Assembly: GCA_964019425.1 (NCBI GenBank)
Contig: OZ025787.1
Coordinates: forward strand, 62,001 to 126,000
Direction: 5' to 3'
Length of the DNA: 64,000 nt
From: Flectonema sp. DT1601
Taxonomy: Eukaryota
Positions 34,187 to 43,932 of the stretch are shown piece by piece; position 1 is the stretch's first letter, and each line of letters opens with the position of its first letter. Below the pieces are notes generated by a model. The model had not been told where the DNA came from. It saw nothing but the letters and a program-made list of their open reading frames with translations, and made no database searches. The position numbers were made by a program, and so were the translations under genes.

Positions 34187-35170
34187 CTAGTCATAATTGC
34201 TAACCTCACGGGGAAAATCACCTTCGTCTTCACTCTCACTTGAGTCTCCCTGTGCGAATCCGGTTGGAGTAAATATTTCTTCTGGCGGATCACTTCTTGC
34301 CCCCATTGGGTCGATGTTTGAGAATACTGTTTTTGGTTTGTTTTCACGTCGCGAAATGGATTTTGAAAATTCTCTTCGCATATTTTTTTTCATTTTGATT
34401 CGATTCATAACAAAACAGAACAATAAACATAACAATAACATACAACCGAAAATCGACTGCTGAGCCCGACGCATAGCACCCTCGGCAACCTTCTCCAACT
34501 CTCTTGAGATTAGACCAAAGAAATGATGTTTAAACTTCTTGTCTAATGATATAATTCTAACCATGCATCCACTTTGTTCTGTACAATCACTGTCTAAGAA
34601 CTTTCTGTACACAAACATTAGAATGGTCGATAAACATAAAATGACTTCTTTATAATGAAGTTGAATTGGGATCTCAGGAACTGTTAACAATTCATAAACA
34701 TGAGATCCTGAAATCTTGTGAAGGAAAGCAACAGGTGATTCACCTCCAGAGAGAGGAGAGGGGTCTTCTGTAGGAATGGATACCTTCTTGCCGCGTAGTT
34801 CTTTAAAAATCCTTTCAACACCAGTACTGAAACAGTGTTCCCATTCGTCTAGTAGTCTACACAGAACTGATACAAAAACAGATCCATTAGGATGATGAAG
34901 AATACCAGATAATGATAATCCCATACAAAACCATTGAGTTAGTCGTTCTCCAATTGCTTTACTTTCAGATAGATGTTCAGAAACTTCATTGTTTCTCAAC
35001 TTTATAGTGTTCATCCAAAGTATTTCATTTTGTCCTTCTATTACTTTTTTTAAGTATTCTAAATTCTTTACTCTCTTATCAATCATGTGTTCCAGTAGTG
35101 ACATTCTGTTTCCCTGCTGCTCCAATCCGAGTCCTTTCGGAGCAGCGGCTTCACTCTCTTCATGATGCAT
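34187..35170 (-). CDS. Conserved-looking hypothetical protein, 288 aa spliced (327 aa if the intron is retained)
   Basis: ORF with KRVKNLEYLKKVIEG...WMNTI and LMFVYRKFLD...LDKKFKHH, resembling an uncharacterised eukaryotic family. Contains an in-frame intron at 34327-34443. Confidence 0.75.
   Translation of the reverse strand: MHHEESEAAAPKGLGLEQQGNRMSLLEHMIDKRVKNLEYLKKVIEGQNEILWMNTIKLRNNEVSEHLSESKAIGERLTQWFCMGLSLSGILHHPNGSVFVSVLCRLLDEWEHCFSTGVERIFKELRGKKVSIPTEDPSPLSGGESPVAFLHKISGSHVYELLTVPEIPIQLHYKEVILCLSTILMFVYRKFLDSDCTEQSGCMVRIISLDKKFKHHFFGLISRELEKVAEGAMRRAQQSIFGCMLLLCLLFCFVMNRIKMKKNMRREFSKSISRRENKPKTVFSNIDPMGARSDPPEEIFTPTGFAQGDSSESEDEGDFPREVSNYD
34327..34443 (-). other. Spliceosomal intron, 117 nt, in frame and stop-free
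   Basis: GTATGTTATTG...AAACAAACCAAAAACAG matches the window's intron consensus; splicing gives SIFG-L-FSNID. Confidence 0.75.
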
Positions 35171-35433
35171 GTTGTTATTGCTGCATGTGTCTGTAGGAGG
35201 GAATTGATGCGACCATTCACAGGAAAGGTATGAATGAAAGTGCTTTAGGATTTTGTCATTTTCTTGTTTGTCTAAACTTCTGAAGACTGAAGAAGAAAGA
35301 TAATATGAAAGAGTTGATACTTGTCATCCTACGAAGAAGGTTTGCAGTAACCTATCAGTAAAGAGTCAGCTCCAACAGGGAGCAATCGAATAGAAATAAA
35401 TAATTACAACACATCAGCACATCACCATGCATG

Positions 35434-37908
35434 TTATAAATTCTGGTCAGGATCAAACCCGACCAACATCAGTAGCGGATCGTTTTTATTTTCATCATCA
35501 GCGAGTGTGACGTCACTGATTTCAGTCTGAGCCTTCGACTTCATAATGTGAGTGAGAACTAATTTAATTGTTTTCGCTGCTCGTTTAGTAGCGATCATGT
35601 CAGCCGTGTCTGGAGTCTCTTCAGATATTAGAGAGGAAATAATAGCTGACTGACGTACTGCACAACCTCTCTCATGAAGGTATCCCAGGATTAATCTTTT
35701 AACACGTCGGTACTCAGAAGCAGTTATTTGAACTTTCTTCTTCGATTGCATTGGAGCTTGTGTTGATTGCTGAGTGTCTATTAAAGTATCTGTTCTTCTT
35801 AACTGAGTCTCTTCTTGAGTTCCTTCATCTACTTGAGTTGGTTCATTATCTTGTGACTGTTGTGGAGAATCAGTTTCATCTTTTTCTTCATTCTCTTCTT
35901 CATCTTGCAATACGAGTTTTCCTAATTTCACATCTACTTGACTAAGAGAAGCATCCATCAATCCAATGCATTGCCTGACATGTTTCTCTTCGATTCTCTC
36001 TGAGCAATATATTCTTGCTATTCCTTCAGAGAGTCGTATCATTGATTCAAGCTGCCTAGTTGTGACCCTAACACTGGTCTTACTGTGAAGATATGAGTTT
36101 TCTCTCATTCTCCTATACTGATCAACAAGACGTGTTGCAGCCTCAACTGTAAGCATAGGTGATACCTGTCTCGCATAACGAAGGTATAGTAAGAAATCAT
36201 CAAAAGAGAATGGCGGAGCTATTGAGTCTGCTCCGTTTCGATGCAATTCGACGATTTTTTCTGCCAAAAGAACGTCACGTTCATCATCCAAGTCGTCCGT
36301 CACAATAAAAAATAAATCAAATCTACTCATAATTGGTGATGTCATCGCTACATTCGCCCGAAGTGCCTTTGTCTTGTCATACCGACCCTCTATTGGGTTT
36401 GCTGCTGCGAGGATGGATGCCCTGGCGTTTAGAGTCGCTTTTAAACCAGCCTTTGCTAAACTAATTGTTTGCTGTTCCATAGCTTCGTGAATAGCTACTT
36501 GATCTGAAATATCCATTTTATCGAACTCATCAATGCAACAAACTCCTTCATCTGCAAGCATGAGTGCTCCAGCTTCTATAGTGAACTCTTTAGTATCAAC
36601 GTCTCTTACAACAGTTGCAGTCAATCCTGAAGCAGAACTACTTTTACCTGAGGTATAGATTGCTCGGGGGATGTTCTTTCCAACGAATTTTAAAAACTGA
36701 CTTTTAGCAGTTGACGGATCCCCGACGATACAAATATTTATATCACCCCTGAGAGATATTCCGTCTGAAGTACTCTTCTTTACTCCTCCTAATAATTGTA
36801 ATAGGATTCCGAGTTTTATTGTGTCGTGTCCATAAACGTTGGGTGCTATACACTGTGGTAGTTTAGTGAATGGAAGGTTCTCACGCATCATGTCTATTTT
36901 TACCATTTCTGCTTCAGTGAATGCCAGGATGTTTTCATCTTCTACTAACTTTGTCATTGGTGTTGACTTACCACTGTTATCGAGTACTGTACAGGCTAAG
37001 AAAGCTAACTTGTACATCATCTCTCTAGTTCCAAGAGATTTCATTACCACGGCAGGTGCTGAGTCGTCTTTTCGTTCAGTTTCAGATCGTTGAAGTTGTC
37101 GTTGAACTTCTTTTCGATCATCAGATGCGAGCATCTTCCCAACTTCTGGAAGTACAATTAAATATCCAACGAATCTACACTTGTCTCCAGGTTTTACAGT
37201 CTCAACACAATCCCCTCTGAGGATGACATCCATTGTACGTGGCATACTACCAGAAGGAATCTCATCAGCGTTTTCTTGAATTTTTATTTTCTGCCAATCA
37301 ACAAACTTAGCTGCGCTTGATTCGTGTTTTAGTGTCCAACGAGAGGTATTAGCACATCCTTCATTATGACATTCCCTTGGCTCAGTATATTTATACGATT
37401 GTTGTATCGGTTCACTTAATGTACCGCAATCCATACATGAGAAAACACCAGCAGCTAGTTCAGGACGGACCTGACTAGTTCTGGTTACGGTACCTCTAAG
37501 ATTAACTAACTGGCCTATCATTGAACAGCGGAGTCGTCGGATGGTAAAAATATTATCAACATTTATGAAGGCGATCATGTAGTCTTTTTCTTCTTCGAAA
37601 TCGCTGATTTCTTTCATGGCTCGCGTGAAACCAGATTTAAATGCTGGTTCGAATCGAGGACATTCAACAAGTAGGATTCTGGCTAATTTCTCTTCAAAGT
37701 GATCAACGTCTCTCCAGTCAACGATCATAGTGTTCCACATTCCTTCTTGGATTCTTCGAACGTGTTCGCCGTACATTTCCCTTCTTCGTAAGAAATCATC
37801 ATCAAGACCATCTTCGTCAATAACACCAATATACCTTCTAAAGAATTCATACGATAAATCTTGAATCTGTGAGATCACCGTCTCAGTTCGAGAGACCTGT
37901 CCCTCCAT
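35434..37908 (-). CDS. MCM6: DNA replication licensing factor MCM6, 824 aa
   Basis: GTVTRTSQVRPEL, a Zn finger, EIPSGSMPRT, GDPSTAKSQFLK, YTSGKSSSASGLTA, IDEFDKM and MSRFDLFF. GDPSTAKS and EFTIEAGALMLAD are typical of MCM6. Confidence 0.95.
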   Translation of the reverse strand: MEGQVSRTETVISQIQDLSYEFFRRYIGVIDEDGLDDDFLRRREMYGEHVRRIQEGMWNTMIVDWRDVDHFEEKLARILLVECPRFEPAFKSGFTRAMKEISDFEEEKDYMIAFINVDNIFTIRRLRCSMIGQLVNLRGTVTRTSQVRPELAAGVFSCMDCGTLSEPIQQSYKYTEPRECHNEGCANTSRWTLKHESSAAKFVDWQKIKIQENADEIPSGSMPRTMDVILRGDCVETVKPGDKCRFVGYLIVLPEVGKMLASDDRKEVQRQLQRSETERKDDSAPAVVMKSLGTREMMYKLAFLACTVLDNSGKSTPMTKLVEDENILAFTEAEMVKIDMMRENLPFTKLPQCIAPNVYGHDTIKLGILLQLLGGVKKSTSDGISLRGDINICIVGDPSTAKSQFLKFVGKNIPRAIYTSGKSSSASGLTATVVRDVDTKEFTIEAGALMLADEGVCCIDEFDKMDISDQVAIHEAMEQQTISLAKAGLKATLNARASILAAANPIEGRYDKTKALRANVAMTSPIMSRFDLFFIVTDDLDDERDVLLAEKIVELHRNGADSIAPPFSFDDFLLYLRYARQVSPMLTVEAATRLVDQYRRMRENSYLHSKTSVRVTTRQLESMIRLSEGIARIYCSERIEEKHVRQCIGLMDASLSQVDVKLGKLVLQDEEENEEKDETDSPQQSQDNEPTQVDEGTQEETQLRRTDTLIDTQQSTQAPMQSKKKVQITASEYRRVKRLILGYLHERGCAVRQSAIISSLISEETPDTADMIATKRAAKTIKLVLTHIMKSKAQTEISDVTLADDENKNDPLLMLVGFDPDQNL

Positions 37909-38074
37909 TTTGATAGGAAGGAGGGATTCTATTAATCAAATGAAGTAATAAAACAAACAACAAAAGTCAACTTAATTGTAAGAAAACATCTATCAGTACA
38001 TCTAACTAAAATATAAAATCATATTCGAAATTAAAAAAGAAAGGAAAAGCTGCTGGTTACGTCAGACGAGCTCA

Positions 38075-38653
38075 TTATTTAAATACTTTTGATTTCATAA
38101 ATGAAGTACCAGTTTGAATATTTACCCTTTTCTTTGACACTGTGCGAGTGTTAGGATCGATATCAGTCAGTAGTCGTGTCAGAGGTTTCTTCTTTTCAAC
38201 AGTGTCATTTGGTATGTAAGTTGGGACTTCTGTGGAATCTTGCATCGATTTAGATTTTGATTTTTTTAAGAGCAGAGAAATTCTTTCTACTTCAGCCAAA
38301 CGAGCAAGCTGTGATGTTGGTTGTTCGTCATTCTGTTGGTTTCTATTGAGTTCTGAGATCTTTCGCTCTCTCTCAACTGCTTTTTCCAGAGCCTCCAGAA
38401 TAAATATTTTATCAACGGATATCTGTTCTCCAGCTAGCTTACACATTTTATGGTATCGATCCTTCTCTGCTTTAATCTTATCCCTTTCCTCTTCAGCTCT
38501 TATTCGTTGTGCTCTCTCGTTTTCTAATGCATCCGTGACGTCAGATAGTTGTTTAATTAAAACGTCGCATATTTTATAAATGTGATCGACGTTCCCTTTA
38601 TCAGGCGAATCATTCAACGCGTCGAGGAGGTAGCTGGGACTCGATACGTCCAT
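38075..38653 (-). CDS. Hypothetical coiled-coil protein (ATG at 38653, MDVSSPSY...)
   Basis: Co-oriented ORF with a charged heptad region (LENERAQRIRAEEERDKIKAEKD). Confidence 0.7.
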   Translation of the reverse strand: MDVSSPSYLLDALNDSPDKGNVDHIYKICDVLIKQLSDVTDALENERAQRIRAEEERDKIKAEKDRYHKMCKLAGEQISVDKIFILEALEKAVERERKISELNRNQQNDEQPTSQLARLAEVERISLLLKKSKSKSMQDSTEVPTYIPNDTVEKKKPLTRLLTDIDPNTRTVSKKRVNIQTGTSFMKSKVFK

Positions 38654-38759
38654 ATTGTTATCGCTTTTTTTGATGGAGGGGAAGAAAATTAATTTAAAAA
38701 AAATAGTCCGTCGAATTACTTCCAATAAATCCAGTAGTCACTATGACTGAAGAAGGTGA

Positions 38760-40190
38760 CTACGGAGGACAGTTGTAAGGAAGCGGGTCTTGTTGAAAAC
38801 CTCTTCCGTATATGAACGCTGATATTAAATAATTATTAGAATTTCGTAATGAAAGCGTTGCTTCAGAAGAACTAGATGAGAAGTTATATAAAGGAGGCTG
38901 TTGATTATCTTCTGTGACAGGTGATGTGATAGATACTTCAGGAATTATCTGATTTGCATCATAAAGAGAAGCTCCTTTGATATGAATCGACAATGAGACA
39001 ATACCTCTACTTGAGTTCTTTGAATTAAATGGTCGATAATAATTATTACAGTCATCTCCTTCACAGAATGCTACTCCGCAAACCATTGATCTCCAGTGTT
39101 TAGGACATCCACCTCCAGTATCAAAGCCATCTAAAGCTACTAAGTAGTAAGATGTATTCTCATTACTGTCTTTATTAAGATTCGCATTAACATCACAACA
39201 AATATTATTAACACAAAGACTACCTGAAAGTTGATTTGGTTTCAGTTCCTTCAACAGCAGTTGCTGCCACTCTGAATCCTGAAGAGGGAGGGCTAGAGGG
39301 TGTTGAATTGTTGGTATTGAAGGGATTCTGTCTATGGATTGTTTCTTATTGGGGGTGTTACTGTTGGTTAGGTTTATTTCAGTTACTTTAATTACATTTC
39401 CAATACCAGGATTGTAATACCAGCTGAGAACATTTCCGTTTTGGAATACTCCGGAACCAGTCATGTCGGTTCCGTAGTTGTGATTACTTATAACTATCGT
39501 TTTATTATTAATAAGAGACCAACCTTGAGCGTAGGCTAACACTTGCATCTGTGGCATCACGTTTGACCATGCGACTGGTAAGATAAACACGTCAACTTGT
39601 TCTTTGAAGAGAGCTGATTGAGGGTAACCAAAAACTAAGTCAGCACACGTCATTATTCCAATTTTTATCTGACTGTCACTCCCCGTTGGAGTAATTCCAA
39701 AGTACGTCGCATCGCATGTCTTTGGAGTAGAAAATGAAGGTTCTCCCCATAAATTCATCTTTCTGTATCGAAGCAGCAATTTTCCAGTTGGAGTAAGAAC
39801 TATATTTGTGTTGTATTGATCAGAACCATCTTGTTCCGCGATGTTTATTAAAATATAAATAGAAAGATTTCTCGCAGCACAACTAGCCAGTTTAATAATT
39901 TCAGGTGATCCCTGTATGTCACACGGGATTTCATTTAATAAAGAGTTAGAAATAGTTACTGTGTATCCATCCCAATCATTTGGGAATCCTGTAATGCCGT
40001 ATTCAGGAATCACCATAATATCAGCACCTTGAGTAGCCCCATCACTGATTAAGTCTAAGCAAGAATTCATGTTTTTTATAATTGTTTGTTGAGGTGTTGC
40101 CGCATCTTCACCAGCTCTGAACTCAACATATCCAACTTTCAGGGAATTTGATATCACCATCGAAGTTAGTAAAGTTGTTATTGTCATCAT
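38760..40190 (-). CDS. Vanin/biotinidase-like carbon-nitrogen hydrolase (pantetheinase-like), probably secreted, 476 aa
   Basis: Nitrilase-fold triad GADIMVIPE, YRKMNLWGE and GIMTCADL. QYNTNIV motif. Cys-rich vanin-type C-terminal domain (LCVNNICC, MVCGVAFC, YGRGF). Confidence 0.85.
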   Translation of the reverse strand: MMTITTLLTSMVISNSLKVGYVEFRAGEDAATPQQTIIKNMNSCLDLISDGATQGADIMVIPEYGITGFPNDWDGYTVTISNSLLNEIPCDIQGSPEIIKLASCAARNLSIYILINIAEQDGSDQYNTNIVLTPTGKLLLRYRKMNLWGEPSFSTPKTCDATYFGITPTGSDSQIKIGIMTCADLVFGYPQSALFKEQVDVFILPVAWSNVMPQMQVLAYAQGWSLINNKTIVISNHNYGTDMTGSGVFQNGNVLSWYYNPGIGNVIKVTEINLTNSNTPNKKQSIDRIPSIPTIQHPLALPLQDSEWQQLLLKELKPNQLSGSLCVNNICCDVNANLNKDSNENTSYYLVALDGFDTGGGCPKHWRSMVCGVAFCEGDDCNNYYRPFNSKNSSRGIVSLSIHIKGASLYDANQIIPEVSITSPVTEDNQQPPLYNFSSSSSEATLSLRNSNNYLISAFIYGRGFQQDPLPYNCPP

Positions 40191-40214
40191 TTTATTTTCC
40201 AGTAAAACGTCAAC

Positions 40215-40237
40215 CTGAATGAAAAACAGTAAACATC
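40215..40237 (-). promoter_or_regulatory. Putative trans-splice acceptor upstream of the vanin-like gene
   Basis: GATGTTTACTGTTTTTCATTCAG, 24 nt before the ATG at 40190. Confidence 0.45.
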
Positions 40238-40654
40238 AACTTAACTATTAACAATAGGTCACTACCACAGAACAAATATAAACCTGTTTACCAGGTTTTT
40301 CTCCCTTTTTTTTTCTTTTTGAAAAGTTCTTTTTCTTTAAAAAAAAAAACTAAAGGGGATTCACACCAGTAAGCAGTTCCCATGAGGGAGAACTCATCAC
40401 GTGTACGACACTTTGCGATACAAACGAAAGACTGATATCCTAACAAATAAAAAGCTTCACTACAAAACATTACTCGGGTCGGCAAGGCAACGTTAATTGT
40501 TGAATACAACAGCAAGAAAAGAAACAGCGGCAAGAATGACAAGTTAGCTTTCTAATACTCAGCAATTCCCATAGACGTACCCATCAGGGTGTCTTCATTG
40601 TCGTTAACTCGCTCTGAATACATATCATCCAACCATTCTCAAGTAAGTGACTAC

Positions 40655-41165
40655 CTACCCAAGTTGTACAGATGATCCACAGCTGCATGTTTGGTACGAA
40701 TCGTCATCGGGTTTCATGACCTGAAATGTCTTTGCTTTCATTTGCTCTTGGAAGTCAATCTGTTTGTGGCTTTATTGATTAGTTTCAAGTATAGAAATCA
40801 CAAGTTGTCGTAATCAGATGACCTTTTGAATAGAAATCTAAAATAATAACATTACACACCAGTGATCCACTCAACATTCCCATCAGACTTTTGTCCACAA
40901 TAAGTTGAGCTCCGTCTTTTTCAAATTGAGCGTCATTCTCACCAATTGAGTTCTCCCAAACAAATTCATACTTACCACCAAGACAACCTCCAGTTACTAC
41001 TTTCAATCTTAATATTGGTTGACTGTCATCAAGTGCGTTTTGGTGATGAATCCTTTCAACACATCTATCAGTCATTGTGACTATTCCAACATCAGGTGTT
41101 ACTGCTTTTTTGAAACTCGATGATGCTGCTCGGAGTGATCTCACTCCGAATGATAATCTCAACAT
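40655..41165 (-). CDS. ISA2: Mitochondrial Fe-S cluster assembly protein, IscA/Isa2 type, 136 aa; exons 41165-40860, 40759-40655
   Basis: Arg/Ser-rich presequence and LRLKVVTGGCLG. The spliced exon 2 supplies IDFQEQM...CSCGSS, the conserved Cys-x-Cys motif. Confidence 0.88.
40760..40859 (-). other. Spliceosomal intron, 100 nt (IscA gene)
   Basis: GTGTGT...GCCACAAACAG; gives GSL|IDF. Confidence 0.85.
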
Positions 41166-41196
41166 GTTTTATTTGTTGTTTTTTGCTGGAGAAGAT

Positions 41197-41217
41197 CTGA
41201 AAAAGAGTAAGATGAGT
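41197..41217 (-). promoter_or_regulatory. Putative trans-splice acceptor upstream of IscA
   Basis: ACTCATCTTACTCTTTTTCAG about 31 nt before the ATG at 41165. Confidence 0.45.
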
Positions 41218-41629
41218 TGTGTTCCATGACGACTCTCAATTCTAAACATCTCATTTGAAAATAATCCTAGTGAGAGATACAACAAAACTTTATTATGAAG
41301 CACGTAGTCTTATCCAACTATTACTAATCTATTATTCAGAACAAAGATGAAATATACGTACAATTTATTATTCTTTCTTTAACGGTTGTTTACACGATTC
41401 TATTTTTATATATATTTATTTATTAGGTTTCTTTTTTTTCTTTCTTAAATTAATTCTATTTTCGAAGTCTATTTCAAATAATATGATATCCCTTTTTTCT
41501 CGGGGGAATCTTCTGAGTTAAAAAATGATAAAAAAAGAGACAATCCCTTGTTTGAAATGTGCAATGACAGTCAACAAGGTACAATTCGGATTTAGGATAA
41601 TTGTCCGCATTGCTTAACATGAGAGAGTG

Positions 41630-42913
41630 CTATCCAAAGGTGCATTTTAATTTTAATTCTTCAATAATTCGACGTTTCTCTTGTGTATGTTGAATGGTAG
41701 CTTTCATATCACGTCCATGTTTGTCAAGTTCTGCTTGTCGTTCTAATAGTTGTTGTTGCATTTTATCCATTTGTGATGCATTGTGAGAACGTTGTAAATC
41801 AAACTTAGTACAAGAAGATTTCCAACCCGATTCTATTTCAAAAGACCTTGCAGAATTAACTGTCTGTTCGGTAGCTGATTTCGATCTCGCTGGATACGCA
41901 GATGAATTACTCGATAATGGAACTGATTGTCTGAGTCTTGGTGGTGATATCCTTTTCTCTTCGGATCTCCTTCCCTCAAATTGATTGTGAGTTGGAGATG
42001 GAGGTATCTCTTCGATTCCAACAATGACGCTGTTCTCTTCTTCAGAATTATTTTCATACCTAGCAATATGAACATCTTGATGATGTTTTAACTGAGCTTC
42101 AGTTAGTCTACTATTCTGAGCTTCTTCGTATTGCTTTCTAAAGATTCTCTCCTGAGAACTCAATTCTAATTCCCGATGATGTAGTTCTGCTTCATTTCTT
42201 TGTAAGTCTCGGAGGAGTACATTATTTTCACGAAGTTTTTCAACAAGTTGATCAGATTTTTGAATGTTGTGTGCAACTGAAGGTTCAGTCGAGTGTCTGT
42301 CTTGTTCTAATAAATGACTCATTACCGGCTGACGGGCTGGTTGATGATGTTGATGTCCAATAACTTCATAAGAAGGTTGCATTAGTAGCGGTGGTTGTTC
42401 AATATTCATAGGAGGTATTTGTAAGTGTGCTGGTATCGGTTGAATGTACTCAGCAGGTTGTTCAATATTCATAGGAGGTGCTTGTAAGTGTGCTGGTATC
42501 GGTTGAATGTACTCAGCAGGTTGTTCAATCAAATTGTCTTCAAACATTTTAGGTGGCGGTGGTGGAAACACTGCTCCTGGTGGTGGTAATTGTTGAGGCT
42601 GAACACCAGCTCTTGGGATGTCTGGCTCTTCAGCTGATACTAATGTTAGAATTTGTCCATCTCTCATTCCATACTCGCTGCAGAGTTTATCATCAACTAA
42701 CTCTCTGCCTGCAATCATTAATAGTTGTAAGTTAACCATAACCCCAGCAGTGTCTTGAATATGACGCTTTAACTGTCTCACAAATAATTTATCTAAACTC
42801 CCTTCAAACACCAGAGTGTATATCATCCCATCAATTTCATTCTTCACTCGAAGGGTAACTCGATTCCGCCTCCCGTCTCCCGCCATGTTGCGGGTTCTTG
42901 GGGGTAGTACCAT
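41630..42913 (-). CDS. Ubiquitin-like domain protein with Pro-rich repeats and coiled coils, 427 aa
   Basis: UBL (LKRHIQDTAGVMVNLQLLMIAGRELVDDKLCSEYGMRDGQILTL), Pro-rich linker and coiled-coil C-terminus. Confidence 0.8.
   Translation of the reverse strand: MVLPPRTRNMAGDGRRNRVTLRVKNEIDGMIYTLVFEGSLDKLFVRQLKRHIQDTAGVMVNLQLLMIAGRELVDDKLCSEYGMRDGQILTLVSAEEPDIPRAGVQPQQLPPPGAVFPPPPPKMFEDNLIEQPAEYIQPIPAHLQAPPMNIEQPAEYIQPIPAHLQIPPMNIEQPPLLMQPSYEVIGHQHHQPARQPVMSHLLEQDRHSTEPSVAHNIQKSDQLVEKLRENNVLLRDLQRNEAELHHRELELSSQERIFRKQYEEAQNSRLTEAQLKHHQDVHIARYENNSEEENSVIVGIEEIPPSPTHNQFEGRRSEEKRISPPRLRQSVPLSSNSSAYPARSKSATEQTVNSARSFEIESGWKSSCTKFDLQRSHNASQMDKMQQQLLERQAELDKHGRDMKATIQHTQEKRRIIEELKLKCTFG
42393..42529. 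repeat. 63-bp coding tandem repeat, about 2.2 copies
   Basis: Units start at 42393, 42456 and 42519 and encode IEQPAEYIQPIPAHLQ(A/I)PPMN. Confidence 0.9.
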
Positions 42914-43695
42914 TGTAAGGTTGTTTCCTGTGAAAAGTAGATATGTTTGCTTACTGAGAAAATGAAGACCACCATCAACAACCTCCTAACTTCGCACAAG
43001 TTATTCATAGCTGGATCGTAGTATGTAAGGAAGCTGCGCATCGCAATAAAATGGAGAAACAGAAACTCAGGGTAAATGGAAACGAGTAAAAGGGCAAAGC
43101 CAACAACCGAGCTTCTTGTTTTTGAGTCGGATAAACTGAAAATGAAGGTTTTCCGAGTCTTTCAAAAAGTTATAAACTCTGAAGTACCAACATAGTTGGA
43201 AATGGATTTGTTAGGCTGAAGTACTATTCGGTTTACTCCAACACTAGAAAGAAGAAAACAGTTTAGAGTTCTTTTGTTGTGGTAGCAGACGAGACAAAGC
43301 TCTCGAGACACAGACTTAGGAATTGATTAGCCAGAGACTCAATTCCTATTTGAGTCTCTGGGTGGCGTAAATCAACAGAAGACGTTAGAGTAATAACACA
43401 CCCAGTAGTGTAAAGTAATAGAAAAGGTGATTGTCTGCTCTGCATCCGAAATTTGACCTCAACATAAGTAACTCCTCCTTGCGGGTAATCTCATGAAACT
43501 CACGTTAGAAACAAACAGATAAAGGCAACGAAATGCATGACTCATGTGAGTCAAAAAGAGAGGGGAAAGGTTAAGTTAAATCACAGTGTACTTCCTAAAT
43601 AGGAATTTAGGAGTCTATTCTAAGAGAAATCATTGTCATTGTAAACAATAACACTTCCCAATTAGAGTAAAGGTTGTATAAAGTGATTCAATTCG

Positions 43696-43932
43696 TCAGA
43701 TATTTTGTTCTAATTCCAATTCCATCATCGCGCAGGCAACGGCATCTGTTGAACAGATTGGCTGAGCAACATCGTATTGCCATGGTCTCGGTGATAATTC
43801 ATTAAGCTGTGCATCTTGAAAGGAATCCATCTCACTCTTTAACAGAGGTGACTCAACATAAACACTCTTCACCTCGCTACAATGTGGAATCTCAATAGTA
43901 TTCGTGGCACTCTGTTTTGAAGAAACAGACAT
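43696..43932 (-). CDS. Possible small acidic protein, 78 aa
   Basis: ATG-initiated, co-oriented, protein-like composition, preceded by a pyrimidine tract and AG; no homology recognised. Confidence 0.45.
   Translation of the reverse strand: MSVSSKQSATNTIEIPHCSEVKSVYVESPLLKSEMDSFQDAQLNELSPRPWQYDVAQPICSTDAVACAMMELELEQNI

Noticed and set aside
26815..37908. Functional clustering of DCC1 and MCM6
   Set aside because: They are separated by unrelated genes, and directional clusters in euglenozoans are generally not functional operons.
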